Origin: Camelus dromedarius
Taxonomy: Eukaryota
NCBI RefSeq assembly: GCF_036321535.1
Contig: NC_087437.1
Coordinates: 77,626,001 to 77,690,000 of the forward strand
Reading direction: 5' to 3'
DNA: 64,000 nucleotides
This document shows positions 1 to 13,274 of the stretch, one piece after another. The notes below the pieces were generated by a model that worked only from the letters and a program-made list of their open reading frames with translations, did no database searches and was not told the DNA's origin. The position numbers and the translations under genes were made by a program. The first letter of the stretch is position 1. Each line of letters opens with the position of its first letter.

Positions 1-213
1 GTAGGGTTCCTTCTGGATATATGCCCAGGAGCGGGATTCCTGGGTCATACGGTAAGTCTATTTCTAGTCTTTTGAGGAATCTCCAAACTGTTTTCCATAG
101 TGGCTGCACCAAACTGCATTCCCACCAGCAGTGTCGGGAGGGTTCCCTTTTCTCCACAGCCTCTCCAGCATTTGTCATTTGTGGACTTCTGAATGATGGC
201 CATTCTGACTGGT
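1..213 (-). mobile_element. L1 fragment (ORF2 C-terminal region), continues off the window
   Basis: tttccatagtggctgcaccaaactgcattcccaccagcagtg...gggttcccttttctcca...gccattctgactgg is antisense L1 ORF2 end; homologous to 13275-13440 on the + strand. Confidence 0.9.
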
Positions 214-527
214 CACATCCATTGTCTTTATACTACACAGGTTACAAGTTAATAATAAGCTGTTTCATAACGTGCAATGTTGCTTTTTAATAGAAAGGCC
301 TGTGAGATAAAATCTGCCTGCACATATGTGTTTGTGTGTCTGTGGTTCCCTGCAAACCCTCTCACAAAATAATTAGCTCCCATTGTTAAAGTCAGTCAAG
401 TCCCAGCTAAGCACTGCAGGTGAAGTCCTTTATATGCAGCAAGAGAAAATCAGTCATTACTGTTGCCTGATACTGTGTTTTGATTAATGAAGTTCTGCTG
501 TTGATACTGACCCTTCTTTAAATGCAG

Positions 528-668
528 GTGAAGATGCTTTTGATGCCCTTCCCCCATCCCTTCCACCTCCCCCACCTCCCGCCAGGCACAGTCTCATCGA
601 ACATTCAAAACCTCCAGGCTCCAGTAGCCGACCATCCTCAGGACAGGACCTTTTCCTCCTTCCATCAG
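528..668 (+). CDS. CBLB: CBLB internal coding exon (third-to-last), proline-rich region
   Basis: Acceptor ...aaatgcag| at 527, donor |gtaggc at 669; 141 nt, phase 1-1; translates (G)[46 protein letters not shown], recognisable Cbl-b sequence. This frame is not in the ORF track. Confidence 0.97.
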
Positions 669-870
669 GTAGGCGGCAAAAGCCAAGCAAAATTTTTCAC
701 TTGAAGCAAAAATATTTCTAAGATCCTACTGTCAAATAAGCAGGAGTAATTCATTGGTTTCTAGCTCCCTAGCAGAAAAATTCCAGGGTGGGGAAAAGAG
801 CAGTTGGGTGGGTTTGCCTGTCAATTGTTTGCTTTAATGCCAGGATTACAGAAATGGCAAATCAATAAGG

Positions 871-1035
871 AATCACAGAATTTAGAAATGGTGCTGTTGA
901 GATCATCTGGTCCAAATAGCACCCGTGTGCTACAGAAGGCATCCCTGAGAACCAGAATGGCTCTGTCACTGGGCTGACAGTGATGGGGACAAATTTAGAC
1001 TGTCTCCTGAATCTGAGTGCAATTGTTTCTTTCTA
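871..1035 (-). mobile_element. Degenerate MIR-family SINE fragment
   Basis: aatcacagaatttaga...gagatcatctggtcca...tacagaagg resembles antisense MIR3/MIRc. Confidence 0.5.
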
Positions 1036-1504
1036 GTAATATGTTTAAAAGTTTTCCTGGATAGGCTTTAGAATCATAATTTTATTCAGAAACATATTTT
1101 GGTAAATTACATTGTTGTAACATTAATAGATAGCTTTTCTGAAATATCTGCATTTTATTTTACTGTTTGTATTTTTAATGTGTCACTGTATCTGCTAAAA
1201 TTATTAGTATTCGAGGAAAAATTAATACATAGCTTTTTTAACACTCAAGATAGGAGTAGAAATTAAAGAGCTATAATAAACCATCCATTTCACTAGTCAG
1301 AATTACCAGGGAAAAAAAATTCAACTATGTTGAATCTGCTGATATTAACTGTTCTAATCAGTTCTGTTGATGATACTGTGATCTATACTCTGAAACGTTT
1401 GCCTCCTTATTTTGATTTGGTTAAAAGATGTTCTTTTTTTGTTAACAATTCCTTTACGTTGTCCTTTGGCCACCTGTATGCGTCATTGAAATCTTGGGAA
1501 TCTT

Positions 1505-1856
1505 TTTATATACTTTTTTTTTTTTTTGATCAAAGTATAGTCAGTTTACAATGTGTCAATTTCTAGGGTACAGCATAATGTTTTGGTCGTAAAGGAACAT
1601 ACATATGTTTTCATGTTCTTTTTCACCGTAAGTTACTACAAGATATTGAATATAGTTCCCTGTGCTATACAGTATGAACTTGTTGTTTATCAGATTTTGT
1701 GAGAATCCTCCTGTACTTTTCAAAGCGAGACACTCCGCTGGAGTTCCTAGGTGTTCTGTGTGATTCAGTGGGTTTGTAGATGTAATTCTTGGTCTATTTA
1801 TGGGAGAGGGCAAACTATGAGCCTCTCTGCTCTGCCATCTTGGCTCAACCCTTTCC
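1505..1856 (-). mobile_element. Bipartite L1-derived insertion: L1 5' end fused to L1 3' end plus poly(A), with 17-bp TSD
   Basis: Minus strand begins ggaaagggttgagcCAAGATGGCag; ends in L1 3' UTR and A tail (T run 1514-1527); TSD GAAATCTTGGGA(A/C)TCTT at 1488-1504 and 1857-1873. Confidence 0.85.
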
Positions 1857-2281
1857 GAAATCTTGGGACTCTTATAACCATTGTCATTCACTTCTAACTC
1901 ATTTTTCTCAAGTGCTTTTTTTTTTCCATTTGTTGTGGTAATTTAGAAATAGAGGCAGTTTGTGGCTATGACACATAAATTATAGACGTATAACTAGGGA
2001 TACATAGCTTCAGTTTCTAAAAGTAGTTTATTTTCAAGAAATAATTTTGAGTTTAATTTTTTGCCACTAAGTATCAGTTGAATTGTCCTCTGTGTCACCT
2101 GCTCTGTGAGATGCCTCCCTGTCCTCATGGAGCACCTTAATTTTAAATCAGTGCTCCCAATCAACGAGCAGGGTTCCTAACCCTTCTGATGCAAGCAGAA
2201 AGCATGAATAACTTAGGCTCGTATTCATATAGCTGCATGTAAACACTATCATTTTCACTTACACTTATTTAAGCCTTTGTT

Positions 2282-2405
2282 TTTGGCATGGGGGGAAGTA
2301 ATTAGGTTGGTTGGTTGGTTTATTTAAATAGAGGTACTGGGGAGTGAACCCAGGACCTCCTTCATGCTAAGCATGCACTCTACCACTGAGTTATACCCTC
2401 ACCCT
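2282..2405 (-). mobile_element. tRNA-derived SINE, camelid Vic-1-like
   Basis: Minus strand gggtataactcagtggtagagtgcatgcttagcatg...gtcctgggttcactcccc (Pol III A/B boxes) then (aacc)n and ctaattac tail; homologous to 23241 and 26669 copies. Confidence 0.85.
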
Positions 2406-4460
2406 AAACGTTTGTTTTTATATATGGACTTTAACATTAAAAATAAGAATCTCTAAATTTTAGTTAACGTAACCTTTCCCAAAACAACTTCTGGATAGTT
2501 TCTGACTAGATTCCTATAAGGTACCTATCACCTCTTATATGTCATTTACACCCAATTAAATGAAAGCACCTTCTTTTAAATTTAAGCTGTCCAAGGAGTG
2601 AGAAGAGAACATTTTATACAAATACACATTTTTGCCTGTTTTTATCAAGAGAATTAATTGTGAAATATTTCAGTTCTTTATCATAATTTTATTGTTCATT
2701 GTACTTTATGTAAAAATCTTCCCAAAAAATTGCTTCAAAATGAAAATGCCCCCTTTCATTAGAATGGAAGTTGTACAAACTTTTATTTCACATGCAGGTG
2801 TGCTCGGCTGCCAGGGAGGTTCAGCAGCAGCTTTCTGTAACCCGTGGTGTGAGGGTCACACGGGACCAGAGCAGGGTCATTTGAACCTGTTGACATACCT
2901 CCTTTTATACGTGGAACATATTCTAATTTCTTTTCAAATAACATTGATATCCTTTGATAATAAATACCTCTGAGAAAAAAATGGCAACCTTTTTCCCCCT
3001 TCCCAGTCTCATTAACAGGACAAACTTCTAGTCTGTTGCCAGATCCTTTATGAGGCCCACTGAGACAGTTTTTATTCAGTTTTAAGCCACATGTATTATT
3101 AGATCTCGTCTTTTTTCAAAAGAAGTATTTTAATTCTTAACACAATATCATAGGACATGGAGGCTTCTTTCAGCTTATAAATAAGCACTGGACAGTATCA
3201 CTTCACAAAGGATTTAATACATTATACTGTCTAATAGAAGATTCTCAAAAGCAGTTCTTCACCCTGAATTAAGCTTCAGGAAAGCATACTCTGTAAATAG
3301 CAAAACTTTAACCCAGTAGTTGTGGGACCGCACGAGGTCTAAGTGGATGGTGTGGGCCCTTTACTGCTCTTGTTTTCACTGTAGTTCAGTCTGTAAAGTT
3401 TTAGTCCAGTGTAATGACAAAGCTTTTCTGGCATTGCTGAGCTTCGGTTTCCTTGAGGAAATCATTATCCCTAATTAGAGACACAGGTTGGATAGCCTCA
3501 CGGTGTTGTATTAATTACCTCATCAAACCTGCCTCTTTTTCCCAGCATTCGGCGCCCTGCACCCTGAGTCAGGTCCAGCCTTACAGCCCGGTGACTGCTC
3601 TGCAGTGGTGCTGTGCAAACTGCAGGGCCTTGTGTTTCTACAAGGGAGCCTCAGGACTCCTGTATGATCAAGGGAGGGACGTGAAGCAGGGGCACAGCTC
3701 TGATGCTGCTTTGAACTGTTTCCTGTTCTAGGTTTTCATGCAAGATTTCCTTTGGCAAAACAGTAATACCCACTGCTGTCTGTGAGCCATCTAATCCGGA
3801 CAGGCCAGTCAGATCTTAACAAAACCTGGAGTCCTCAAAAAAAAAAAAAAAAAAAGGCTTTACACTTTCCTGTCTCCAAACCCAAGGCTACTGCTAGCAC
3901 ATACGTGCTTTGGTCCGAATTACAAAAAGGCATTTCTTTTGTGCTGGTGGGTAGAAATAGTCACCCCTCCCTCCACTTTGTGCCCGGGCCAGTGCTCCAG
4001 GAATGGAGCCAAGGCTGTACTGAAGTCGGCTCATTCCCATTACTGCACGCCTTTGTGCAGTGCACAAAACTTGGAACCTCTCCTTCACTGTGTTTCTAGC
4101 CTGCAATCTCTTTTGAAATCCTTATCCAATCTTAAAGTTGCAATTCACCTCTAAAAGTTAGCCAACTCGACTTAGTAGAGATAAATGAAAGTTTTCCACC
4201 AGGATCCAGAAATGCAATGGCATAAGGAAAATACAGAGAAAACGGGGATCATCAGCAACAGTTATTGGGAGGGACTTGGGGTTTTGTTGACTACGATCTT
4301 TATGAAGTACCCACACGACGTGGTTACCGAGGGCACTCGTACTGTTTGAGGGTTGCACTCAGAGTTCAAATCAGAGACGGCGTGAGGTGAGGGCCTCCCC
4401 AGGGCTCAGCCAGCATGGAGACCACCGTGTTCAGGTGCTGAAGGACTGTCGGGGTAGAGC

Positions 4461-4643
4461 CGTGGTTCTCAAATTGTGGTCTTGAGGGCAGGAGCATCAG
4501 CATCACCTAGAAACTTATTAAAAATGCCAATACTTAAGACCTACCCAGGACTTACTAAGTCAGAAACTCTGGGAGTAGGACCCAACAATCTGTTTTCACA
4601 AGCTTTTGGGGGTGATTCTCATAGCTCACGTTTGAGAAACCTG
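4461..4643. mobile_element. MER5A-like hAT-Charlie DNA transposon fossil
   Basis: Ends gtggttctcaaa ... tttgagaaacc (inverted), internal gcatcagcatcacctagaaactt and cagaaactctggg; ~185 bp. Confidence 0.85.
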
Positions 4644-7189
4644 GGGCTAGGGTATCCCTGGAGGAGTGCAGCCAGGCTGGTAAAGGGAATTAAAACCACA
4701 CCACGTAAAACTGCGGTAGATGGAAGGAACTTACGTTTAACCAAGAGAAGGTCTTGAGTACATATGAGAGTTGCCTTCAATTACAGTATTTGTGAAAGAA
4801 GATTTCTTCCATGTCTCCTCAGAAGCTAGACATGAGAACAGGTTCCATTCTTCATAAGAAGCTTCCTAAATTATTAAGAATTCTTCTATCTCAGAACAGT
4901 AAGTAGTAAGGGTAGTGAGTTCTCTAAATGGAAGACTTAATCAGTGGCCAGATCACTAGGAGTTTTATGAATGTGCAGTATAGTGGGGGCAGCAGAGAGA
5001 GAGGAACTTTGTTTCACCTAAATAGCTCTTCAACCCCTCTTCTAGCAATTAGACCTAACATTGTGATTCTTTTAAAATTTCAGAATAACTGACAAATCTT
5101 TCTGGTGGGTTTTATGGCACTGTTTTAAATGTTCAACTATATTTGCCTCTTTTCCTATACACTGAGTAAAAATCTTAAAGTGTTTCAGATACTAAAAGAA
5201 TTAAGAAAAAAATTCCTTAATGCCTCCTCCTAAAGATAACCACTTACAGGTTTCCTTCCTACACAGCATAATTTTGATGGATGCATATTTTCCCACTTTC
5301 ATGGTTAGCAAACCTTTTCCTCCCAGTCTTTCCTTAGTTTTTAATAACCTCTTAAAACAAGCATTAAAATTTTTCAATTTAGCATTACCATACTGTAAAT
5401 CACTGGCAGTAGTACTTTGCTTTTTAGAATAGATTAATCCCACTGAGTTTAATCATTCACTTCTCAAACATTTGCTATGGTATTTTCAATTTGCATGCTT
5501 TAATCCTAAGTGTGGATTTTAATTACTGTTTGAAGAATTTATTTTAAAAATTTTACTGCTTTTCAAATTTTCTTTGTAAGGAGACAGTAATTACTGTACT
5601 CTGTATAACTGTATTATATACGATCTCTTTTTCCATTGAAGCAGGAATGCTTCCAACTTTACAACTTGCTACAGAAGCCCAGTTTACCTTATACTCGACC
5701 AGTAAGTAGCAAACTTAGCATAAAACAAGACAGAACATCCTAGTGATTCAGAACTAAGTATTTTGCTACTTCTGGTAACATTTTTATTGTACCTACTGAC
5801 CTTTTAAGTGCAGTAGATTAATGGAGCAACATCATACCACTGTATATCTTGTGGTCTATTTATGGTCCTGCAGTGTATCCGATTCTAATCTTTAGTCTTA
5901 AATAAGATGATTAGAAATAGCATATCTGACAAATCTATAAATTACCTCTAAGGAAATTTTTAATAGTACATGTATTGTAAAAGACAGTCTCTTTTCTGAC
6001 CTAATATTATGTCAGTGATGTTTTAGAATGTACAAGAACTGAAAGTAGATTTTATTGAATATTTAAATCTGAATCTTAGGGTGATTTCTGCATAAATTTA
6101 GAAATTTACCACTTTGGTACCTGTGGCTGGTCTTCCAAATCAAAAGATTAACATTTGTTGCATGGAATTTGATTTCTCTTCTGATTCCTTCCTAAAATGT
6201 TCCAGCAAAATTAATGAGGTTGAACCATTGACTTTTCAGTTATTGAAAGCTCAACATCTAAGACTCATTTTAATCTCAAAATTAATGAAAGCAAATTAAG
6301 TAGCCTTGCTTAGGGTTAAAAAAAAAAGTTTCCAGCAAAGCTGGAGATAATTATTGTACTCAAACAGAGGAAGAAAATAATGATTTCAACTTTTGCCTTA
6401 CATTACCTAGTCAAAATTTAGTATAAATAGGCATGTAGTTCTTTCTTAAATAATCAAATTCTTACATATTTTTAACATCAAATGCAAATAGAAGTTAAAA
6501 CAATGAAATATTATCAGATCTTCTTTAATAGTTAAAATTTTAGCCTTAGATGTTTGCAATAGAAATGTCACTGGTTTTGAATTTCTGAAAAATCTGAATT
6601 GGTCTGGGTTTTTTTTTTTCGGTAGTTAAAAGTATTTATAAAGTGCTGCCTATTGAATAAGCAGCGTGCTTGGTACTTGATTTGTGTGAGTAAGGTAAGG
6701 ACCCTGCTCTCAAGAAAACTTCCAATACCTTTGGAGATACTGGCAGATACAAAAGAAAGAATAAAAGAATTGAGAGAAGGAAACAAAGGAGCCTGAGATG
6801 GAAGTGGTGGCAGATAAATTATCAGTACACCAAAGATGCGGAGGTAATGTTCATCTACTCAAAAAAGTAATCAGTTCTATGGACTTAAACTCACATACTA
6901 ATTTTCAACCCATTAGTTAGGTTTATGGTCCTAATATAGTAGCACTGATAAAAATCTCTTTTTCTGCTGTTAGCTACAGTTAATATATATAATTAAGAAG
7001 TAGTGAAATTATTTTTCACTATTTCAGATCCCCCCTGTCAAGGTAGCAACAAAAAAAAATCATTTTACTATATATACAAACTTTAATGTTAATAATAGCA
7101 TAATTTTTAACAACTGAATTTACTATTCATTGAGCCAATAAGCGACAGTCTTTTGCATAGGATGCCCAAAGTAGTAGTATTTTAAAAGG

Positions 7190-7380
7190 CACATTTTATG
7201 TGCAGGAGGCTTCATGTACATGAATGTATTTAATCCTCACAAATCCCAAATGTCAGGTCCATTTTGCAGATTATGTCTGCCTAATGCTTAGAGAGATTAC
7301 CTGATGTAATACTCTTACAAGCAGAATTCAAAACCCATTTTTTTTCTTTGACTTTACAGCAGCTGCTTTTCATTATACAG
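7190..7380 (-). mobile_element. MIR fragment
   Basis: atttaatcctcac...ccattttgcaga...gcagaattcaaaccca, antisense MIR core. Confidence 0.55.
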
Positions 7381-7635
7381 GAGAGACTGGTACAGAAAGT
7401 AAAAATTAAAAGCAGTTTTCATCAACAATTTTACAATCAAATAAGAGGTCTGAAAAATACAAAATGAGTGTGTAGGATTTAGGATTAAATGGGAAAAGCA
7501 TATTGGAGCAAATGATGAACAAGGTAGAAAACAAATGGTTACTCCCAGTCATGAAATTCATTTTCTAAATTTTTTTCTCTTTAGCCAGTTGGCAGAGATA
7601 ATAGTTTTAATCTGAAAATTACCTTTATTTTTAAG

Positions 7636-7755
7636 ATCCCTTTTTTGATCCCGCAAGTGGCCAAGTTCCTTTGCCTCCTGCTAGGAGATTACCAGGTGAA
7701 AATGTCAAATCCAACAGAACATCACAGGACTATGATCAGCTTCCTTCATCTTCAG
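7636..7755 (+). CDS. CBLB: CBLB penultimate coding exon
   Basis: Acceptor ...tttatttttaag| at 7635, donor |gtgagt at 7756; 120 nt, phase 1-1; translates [40 protein letters not shown], continuous in frame with the flanking exons. Confidence 0.96.
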
Positions 7756-8099
7756 GTGAGTTGCCTAAGAATAATAATACCTTACATTTGTATAGTGCTT
7801 TTTGCAGCATCTTTTTATTCATTATATAATTTAATGAGCACTGCCAGCCTAAGAAAGTATTTCTATCACCTTTGCATTTTGCTTGTAAGGCTTGTACTAT
7901 GAGAAGAATATCTACACAATAACCTCACTGAAAAGAAAATATTAAGCCTTAATATTATCTTTGACCAGTCAGTAAAAAGCACATTCTGTGATTCCAAATC
8001 TATTCGTTCTCTAACTTTCGTTTTGCCTTATCAGACGGGAGAAATGGGAGAGAGATGTCTCTGTCCACTAAAATGCTGCATCCTCTTCTTTCTCCATCT

Positions 8100-8340
8100 T
8101 TAGAGTTAATATTAGCACCAAACTAGTCATTCTCATAGAAACGCTGTGCCTCTTTGGGAGGCCTTCCTTGATGACTGTTTCTAAAACAGTCCCTACTTTT
8201 CACAGTCACTTTCTAGCCCCTTCTTTGGCTTTATGTTTCCTCATAGCACCTCTCACTCATTCTCTTGATTGTCCATCTCCTCTGCTGAAGTATTTATCCA
8301 CACGTGTGCAGAAGAGTGTGGAGGACAAGTGGATGAAGGA
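8100..8340 (+). mobile_element. L2 3' fragment
   Basis: gggaggccttccttgatgac...tttatgtttcctcatagcacct, L2 3' region motifs. Confidence 0.5.
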
Positions 8341-8833
8341 AGGGTAGCTGACACTTGTGTTATGCTGAACATACACTTTGTTATTTTGAACAATAAATAG
8401 TATTGTCTCAGATTATGAACATCAGAAGTTTTTTCCCTGTGTAGATTTTTGTCCTATTTCAAGATTTGTTTTTAAGCTCAAACCTCGGGTCACACATTTA
8501 ATCCAGTCTGTAACTTCTGAGTCAAGATCATTAGTGAGCTACTGCGAGAATTATCAATACAGTATAGGTACTTGAGGACATGCATGGGAGGAGCAGAAAT
8601 CCCTCTGTAGTGTTGTGAGTTTTCATACTTGAATATAACTCCAAAAAGCATAGAAAATTTTACTAACCTTTTTAGATGGTGGTCCATGCTGTCTTACCAG
8701 CTTATTTCCAATCATTCCAGTATTTCAGATACATCCATGAGTAGCCAATGAGACACTGTAGTTCCAGTCGAAAGGGTAGACCTCCAGACTGATGAAAAAA
8801 ATGTGAAGGTAAAGGAGGAGAGACAATATCTAA

Positions 8834-8836
<3 letters not shown>

Positions 8837-8897
<61 letters not shown>
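8837..8897. repeat. Perfect (TA)30 microsatellite
   Basis: Uninterrupted TA run read directly. Confidence 0.98.
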
Positions 8898-8901
<4 letters not shown>

Positions 8902-10139
8902 AAGAGGCAAATCCCTTAAGGAAATAATGTCAAAATACAATTTTGAGAAGAGTGCTATGACTGATTTAAAATAACATACTCACTTCCACCAACTCTGAAT
9001 TAACAGAAGCATATACTCAAGTTATGAGAAGGGTTTTTGGCCCAAATGCTCTGTATCTTCTCATCTTCTTTACAGGAGCACAAGGGTGTTGTAGAGCCCA
9101 GGGGAACATCATTCACATATATGATTTCAACTGGTAGGAATTCCAAGTTAGCATTACTCTAGCTATTTCAAGGAAGAACCTTGAGTCACAAACCCTGTTG
9201 AAACATCCCCAAATCGGCGTTTACTAGAAGCCTGAACTGGCTTTTACCTGAGTGATAAAATAGTCCTGATTATTATTCTGAGGGCCCCCGCTCACTGTAA
9301 CATTAAATATTTCAACCTGCTCCCTGAACTCTCTCTGCACACACTGTCAAATCACAGAAAATAAGATACTTTTTTCCAGCAAGATATTTGCTCACCTGCC
9401 GCTTCACAAGGCTACCAAGCTGTTCACCAGTTTACTTCACACCAGGAGACAGACTCTTCCTGCCTTCTAGATTAGGTCTTTCCATCAGAAACTTGAGACA
9501 GGATGCTGTGTGCCTTGGGACACTAAATAGCACTTATTTTGTAGTTGCGTTTTTATTAAGGCCTTTTTAAGATGATCGTGGAGAAGTCAGGTTTAAATGC
9601 TGCAACTTAAAAATTCAGTTTCTCCTATTTTTTATGGTGATCTAAGTAATTGATAGTGACTTATGTATAAGCTTTCTATGAAAAGAATATTTCTAAGTAA
9701 TTCAAAAAATTTCATTGATTTGAAAATATTTTCCTTATACATTTATTCTAAAAAGGATGTTTGCAGCATGTAAATGTAAATGTCCTTCTTTGTATATAAG
9801 TATTTACATGCACTATAATGTGTATGTGCAGTCAAACTGTAATAATTCTACCTAATATAACTGAAAAGGGGAAAAAATATATATAAAACACTTCCTTCCA
9901 AAATTAGACAGTGTATCTGCCATGGCAGCAGTTGAAGTTTATCTAAAAGAGTTCCAGAATTAATTGATCCAACTTTTAGTAAAGTAACAAAGTCATCATG
10001 ATGATATGTTTGAAATTTCTTTTAAGCCTTCATCAGTTAAATTTATATTATTTTTTTCTTTTAAGTCTCAGTTGAGAAAATCTATAGGCTTGATAGATAT
10101 CCATTCCCAGTATCACCAGTAAATTACTAAGTAACTTCA

Positions 10140-10450
10140 ATAATCATCATTTTTAAAGTCTGTTAAGCACTTACTCTGGGGCCAAATGTTATGCTAAGTA
10201 TTTTAAATGTAGATATATAGAGAAAATTTAATATATAACATTGACAATTATACTTTCAGTTGTGCATATGAAATAAATAAATGTAAATTTATATATATAA
10301 AGTAAATTCTATTTCTCACAACCAATCTGAAATAGGTATTATTAATGTCAAATTTTTGGAAGGAGATAAGACGATAAAGTTTAGTAACTTACCTAAGGAC
10401 CTATAATTGTGGTAGGATTCGAGTCAGTGCTGTCTTATCAGTAAGCTATG
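10140..10450 (-). mobile_element. MIR fragment(s), interrupted by AT-rich sequence
   Basis: ttaagcacttactctggggccaa...tgctaagt and aataggtattatt...agtttagtaacttacctaagg...aggattcga. Confidence 0.55.
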
Positions 10451-13274
10451 CACACATTTTTTTTTTTGTTAGCAAAGTTTGATATAACAATGATTGCTAA
10501 GCTGAGTTTGGAGATACCTAATGATAACATCAAATAAAGACAAGAGCAAAGGAATAGAGTAGTGTTGCCAAAGGGATGGAAGAGGATACTGGGAATTGGA
10601 AAACTGTCCTAGAGATTTCCAAAGCCTGGATGGTGATCATTTCTCATATGACCTTAGGAAGCCACTTCGCTTTTGCCAAGAAATACAGAAACTTGATGTA
10701 GTTACTGTTAAATAAGACAATGTAACAGAAATGGAAAATAGGACAATGTGTTTATCAGTAAGATGACTTTTGCTTATTAGACACACGTTTCAAAATATGG
10801 ACCAAAAAACCCCACCAAAGTTTAGATAATGAAGGAAGTAATAAGGACCTCTTGTTGTAAACCAGCTGGTACTTACACTTCAGTGACTCCCATCAGCTCC
10901 TGTAGGTGTGGACATACAGCAGTGTGTGTCTCGTTTTGTTTTGTTTTAATCATAGTTTGCCCAGGTGTATGTTCAGATTTTTTTCTTCCTTAATCACTCC
11001 TGCCCCACTGCAACAAAGAAAATTTAATACACAGATATACTTTATGTACTCTTTGGAGGGCCACAAACCCTTTCAGCATCTAAGATCTTTTTTCATCCCT
11101 CAGTGGCAAGTTTTTGCTCTGTGGGGGATGAGACTGCCCTCATTTAGAAGCATGACCTAGAGTAATCACTCAGGGCACTGTTCTGTTTTCACAGGCTAAA
11201 CCCACGCCATCCAGGACTTTTCTCCACTCAGAAAATTGAATCAAGATTTACTCTCAATCAGTGCTTCTCAAATCTTTCTCCCCACCAGAGAGCTAACTCT
11301 CAACACCACAGAGACTAGGGCTTTAACTAAAAGTGGATGATCACATGCAGGAAATTGCTTCAAAGTCTGTTTCAACTCAAAAATTTATATAAATTTTGCA
11401 TTTTACTCTGTATATTGTATTTATTTCCATATTTTACAACATTAACTCTCATATCCTTAGTGCTCTAGGAAGAGGTACTTATTTAGGTGTTGTTGCCCTT
11501 GCTCATGGGAATTCAGAAATACCATGAGCATGGACAGAATAAGCACATGTCCTTCCAGTCAACGTTTTTAAGGACATGGATTCAGGTACAGAAATCCCCC
11601 CCGAGTTGGCAAATGCACAGCCACTGCGGTGCACTCCAAACTGCAGCCCGACAGCTCTGGGGGGCTGTGAGATCAGTTCCTCTTCTCTTTCACTGCTCCT
11701 TTCTGTCACCTACACAGTCTAAAGCGAATACGGACCTGGTGTCTCCTGCTTGTAGACTTTGTAAAAAAGAGCAAGTGGGGACAGTGAAGACTGTCCGTGA
11801 GTTTTAAGAGATTTGTTTTAATGATCATTAAGAAAGTTGTCTTTTTTTTTTTTTAACAGCTTTTACTGTTAGTTCAACGTAGTAACAAATCTTGCTTGTT
11901 AATACCTTGCTTAACAGCTTTATATAGTACTAGGCACTCACTGCACTCACTGCAAATTCCAGGTTTTTTCCCTCTTCCACACTTGACATTCCTGTAAATT
12001 TATAGTAATTGCTGTTCTCTAGCATCTATCCACATCTATTGTGAATCCATTGTCCTTTCTTTGTAAAAGTCTCCTTAGCCCATATACCAAGTATTATGTT
12101 AATTCGCATACTACCTGGCCAAGAAGGGATGAGTAATACCTCTAAAGATGGAGATATAAAGGTAGATTTGGAGAGTGAGAATTATAAAAGTAAACTGCTT
12201 AGCTCAAAGGCACTCAAAATCTTATGGCCAAACTGAGATGCAGCTGACCAACCTCAAGTCTCCGCGTGACGTTCCTCATTTGCATCCTCATCTAGAAAAG
12301 TTGTGGCTGGTCAGTTACCTGATGCAGACCTAACTATCCAATTAAAACAGTCAAACAAAACAGTAAAATATTCCACATTGAATAAATCTTCAGCAGTAAA
12401 CAGAAATATATTTACATAACAGGTTGCCAAAAGTTGCAACATTGCTTCCAAGTTACTTGCATTTGTAGGCTTTAATGCGTGAGACAGTTCAACTCTGAGC
12501 ATTTGTAGGATTCTGAACAGATGTAGGGTTGTGAACAGAATCTTACCATAAGATTTTGAGTTGGGGCAATGAGGTCTAGGACTAATGAGTTGGGATATAT
12601 GAGTTTTGTATTTAAAGCAAAAAAAATCTACCTTTTTGAAAAGTTAATTTTATACATAAGCTTTTTTTCTTTTTTAATGAAACTGTTCTCAAAATCTGTC
12701 ATGATTCCTCCCAGAGGTGGTTTGAACCCTTTTCTCCAGTTGATATTTCAAATAGATTTTTTGTGCAAAAAAAAAAAAAAAAAAGCCAGGTCCAGGATCA
12801 GAGATACCTTCACTACTCTAGCTAGTTTTGATTTAATTGTTGTGTGTGTGTATATTGTTTTTCCCTACTAACTTAGGTTTTCTGAATTATGTTTAGTACT
12901 TACTTGTTTCCACGCAAAGAAGAGCTTTCTTAAATAAAATTTAGCATCTGCAACTTCCATTGCATTTGACTATTAATTAGAGCAGCATTAATTTTAGCAG
13001 CCTCATGTAGTGGATAGGCTTCTTGGGTTGTTTTCTTTTTTCCTGATGATAGGTGCCATCATTTAGTGTCATCTACCAAGATCAAAGATACATGGTCATT
13101 AAATTTAAAAGTTCTAAATCTATAGACTCCATTGCACTCTTAGCTGTGTCTCTGGCCACTGCCCTGTCCCTCCCACTTCAGGAGTATACACAGCTGTGCT
13201 TTTCAGACGCTTGACAATCACGTGCCCTTCTCAGTATTTTGGACAGGAAGAAAACAGCTGTATTAGAAAAACTT

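Noticed and set aside
522..704. ORF-track peptide [16 protein letters not shown]..., and likewise 7645..7902
   Set aside because: Wrong-frame readings across genuine CBLB exons.
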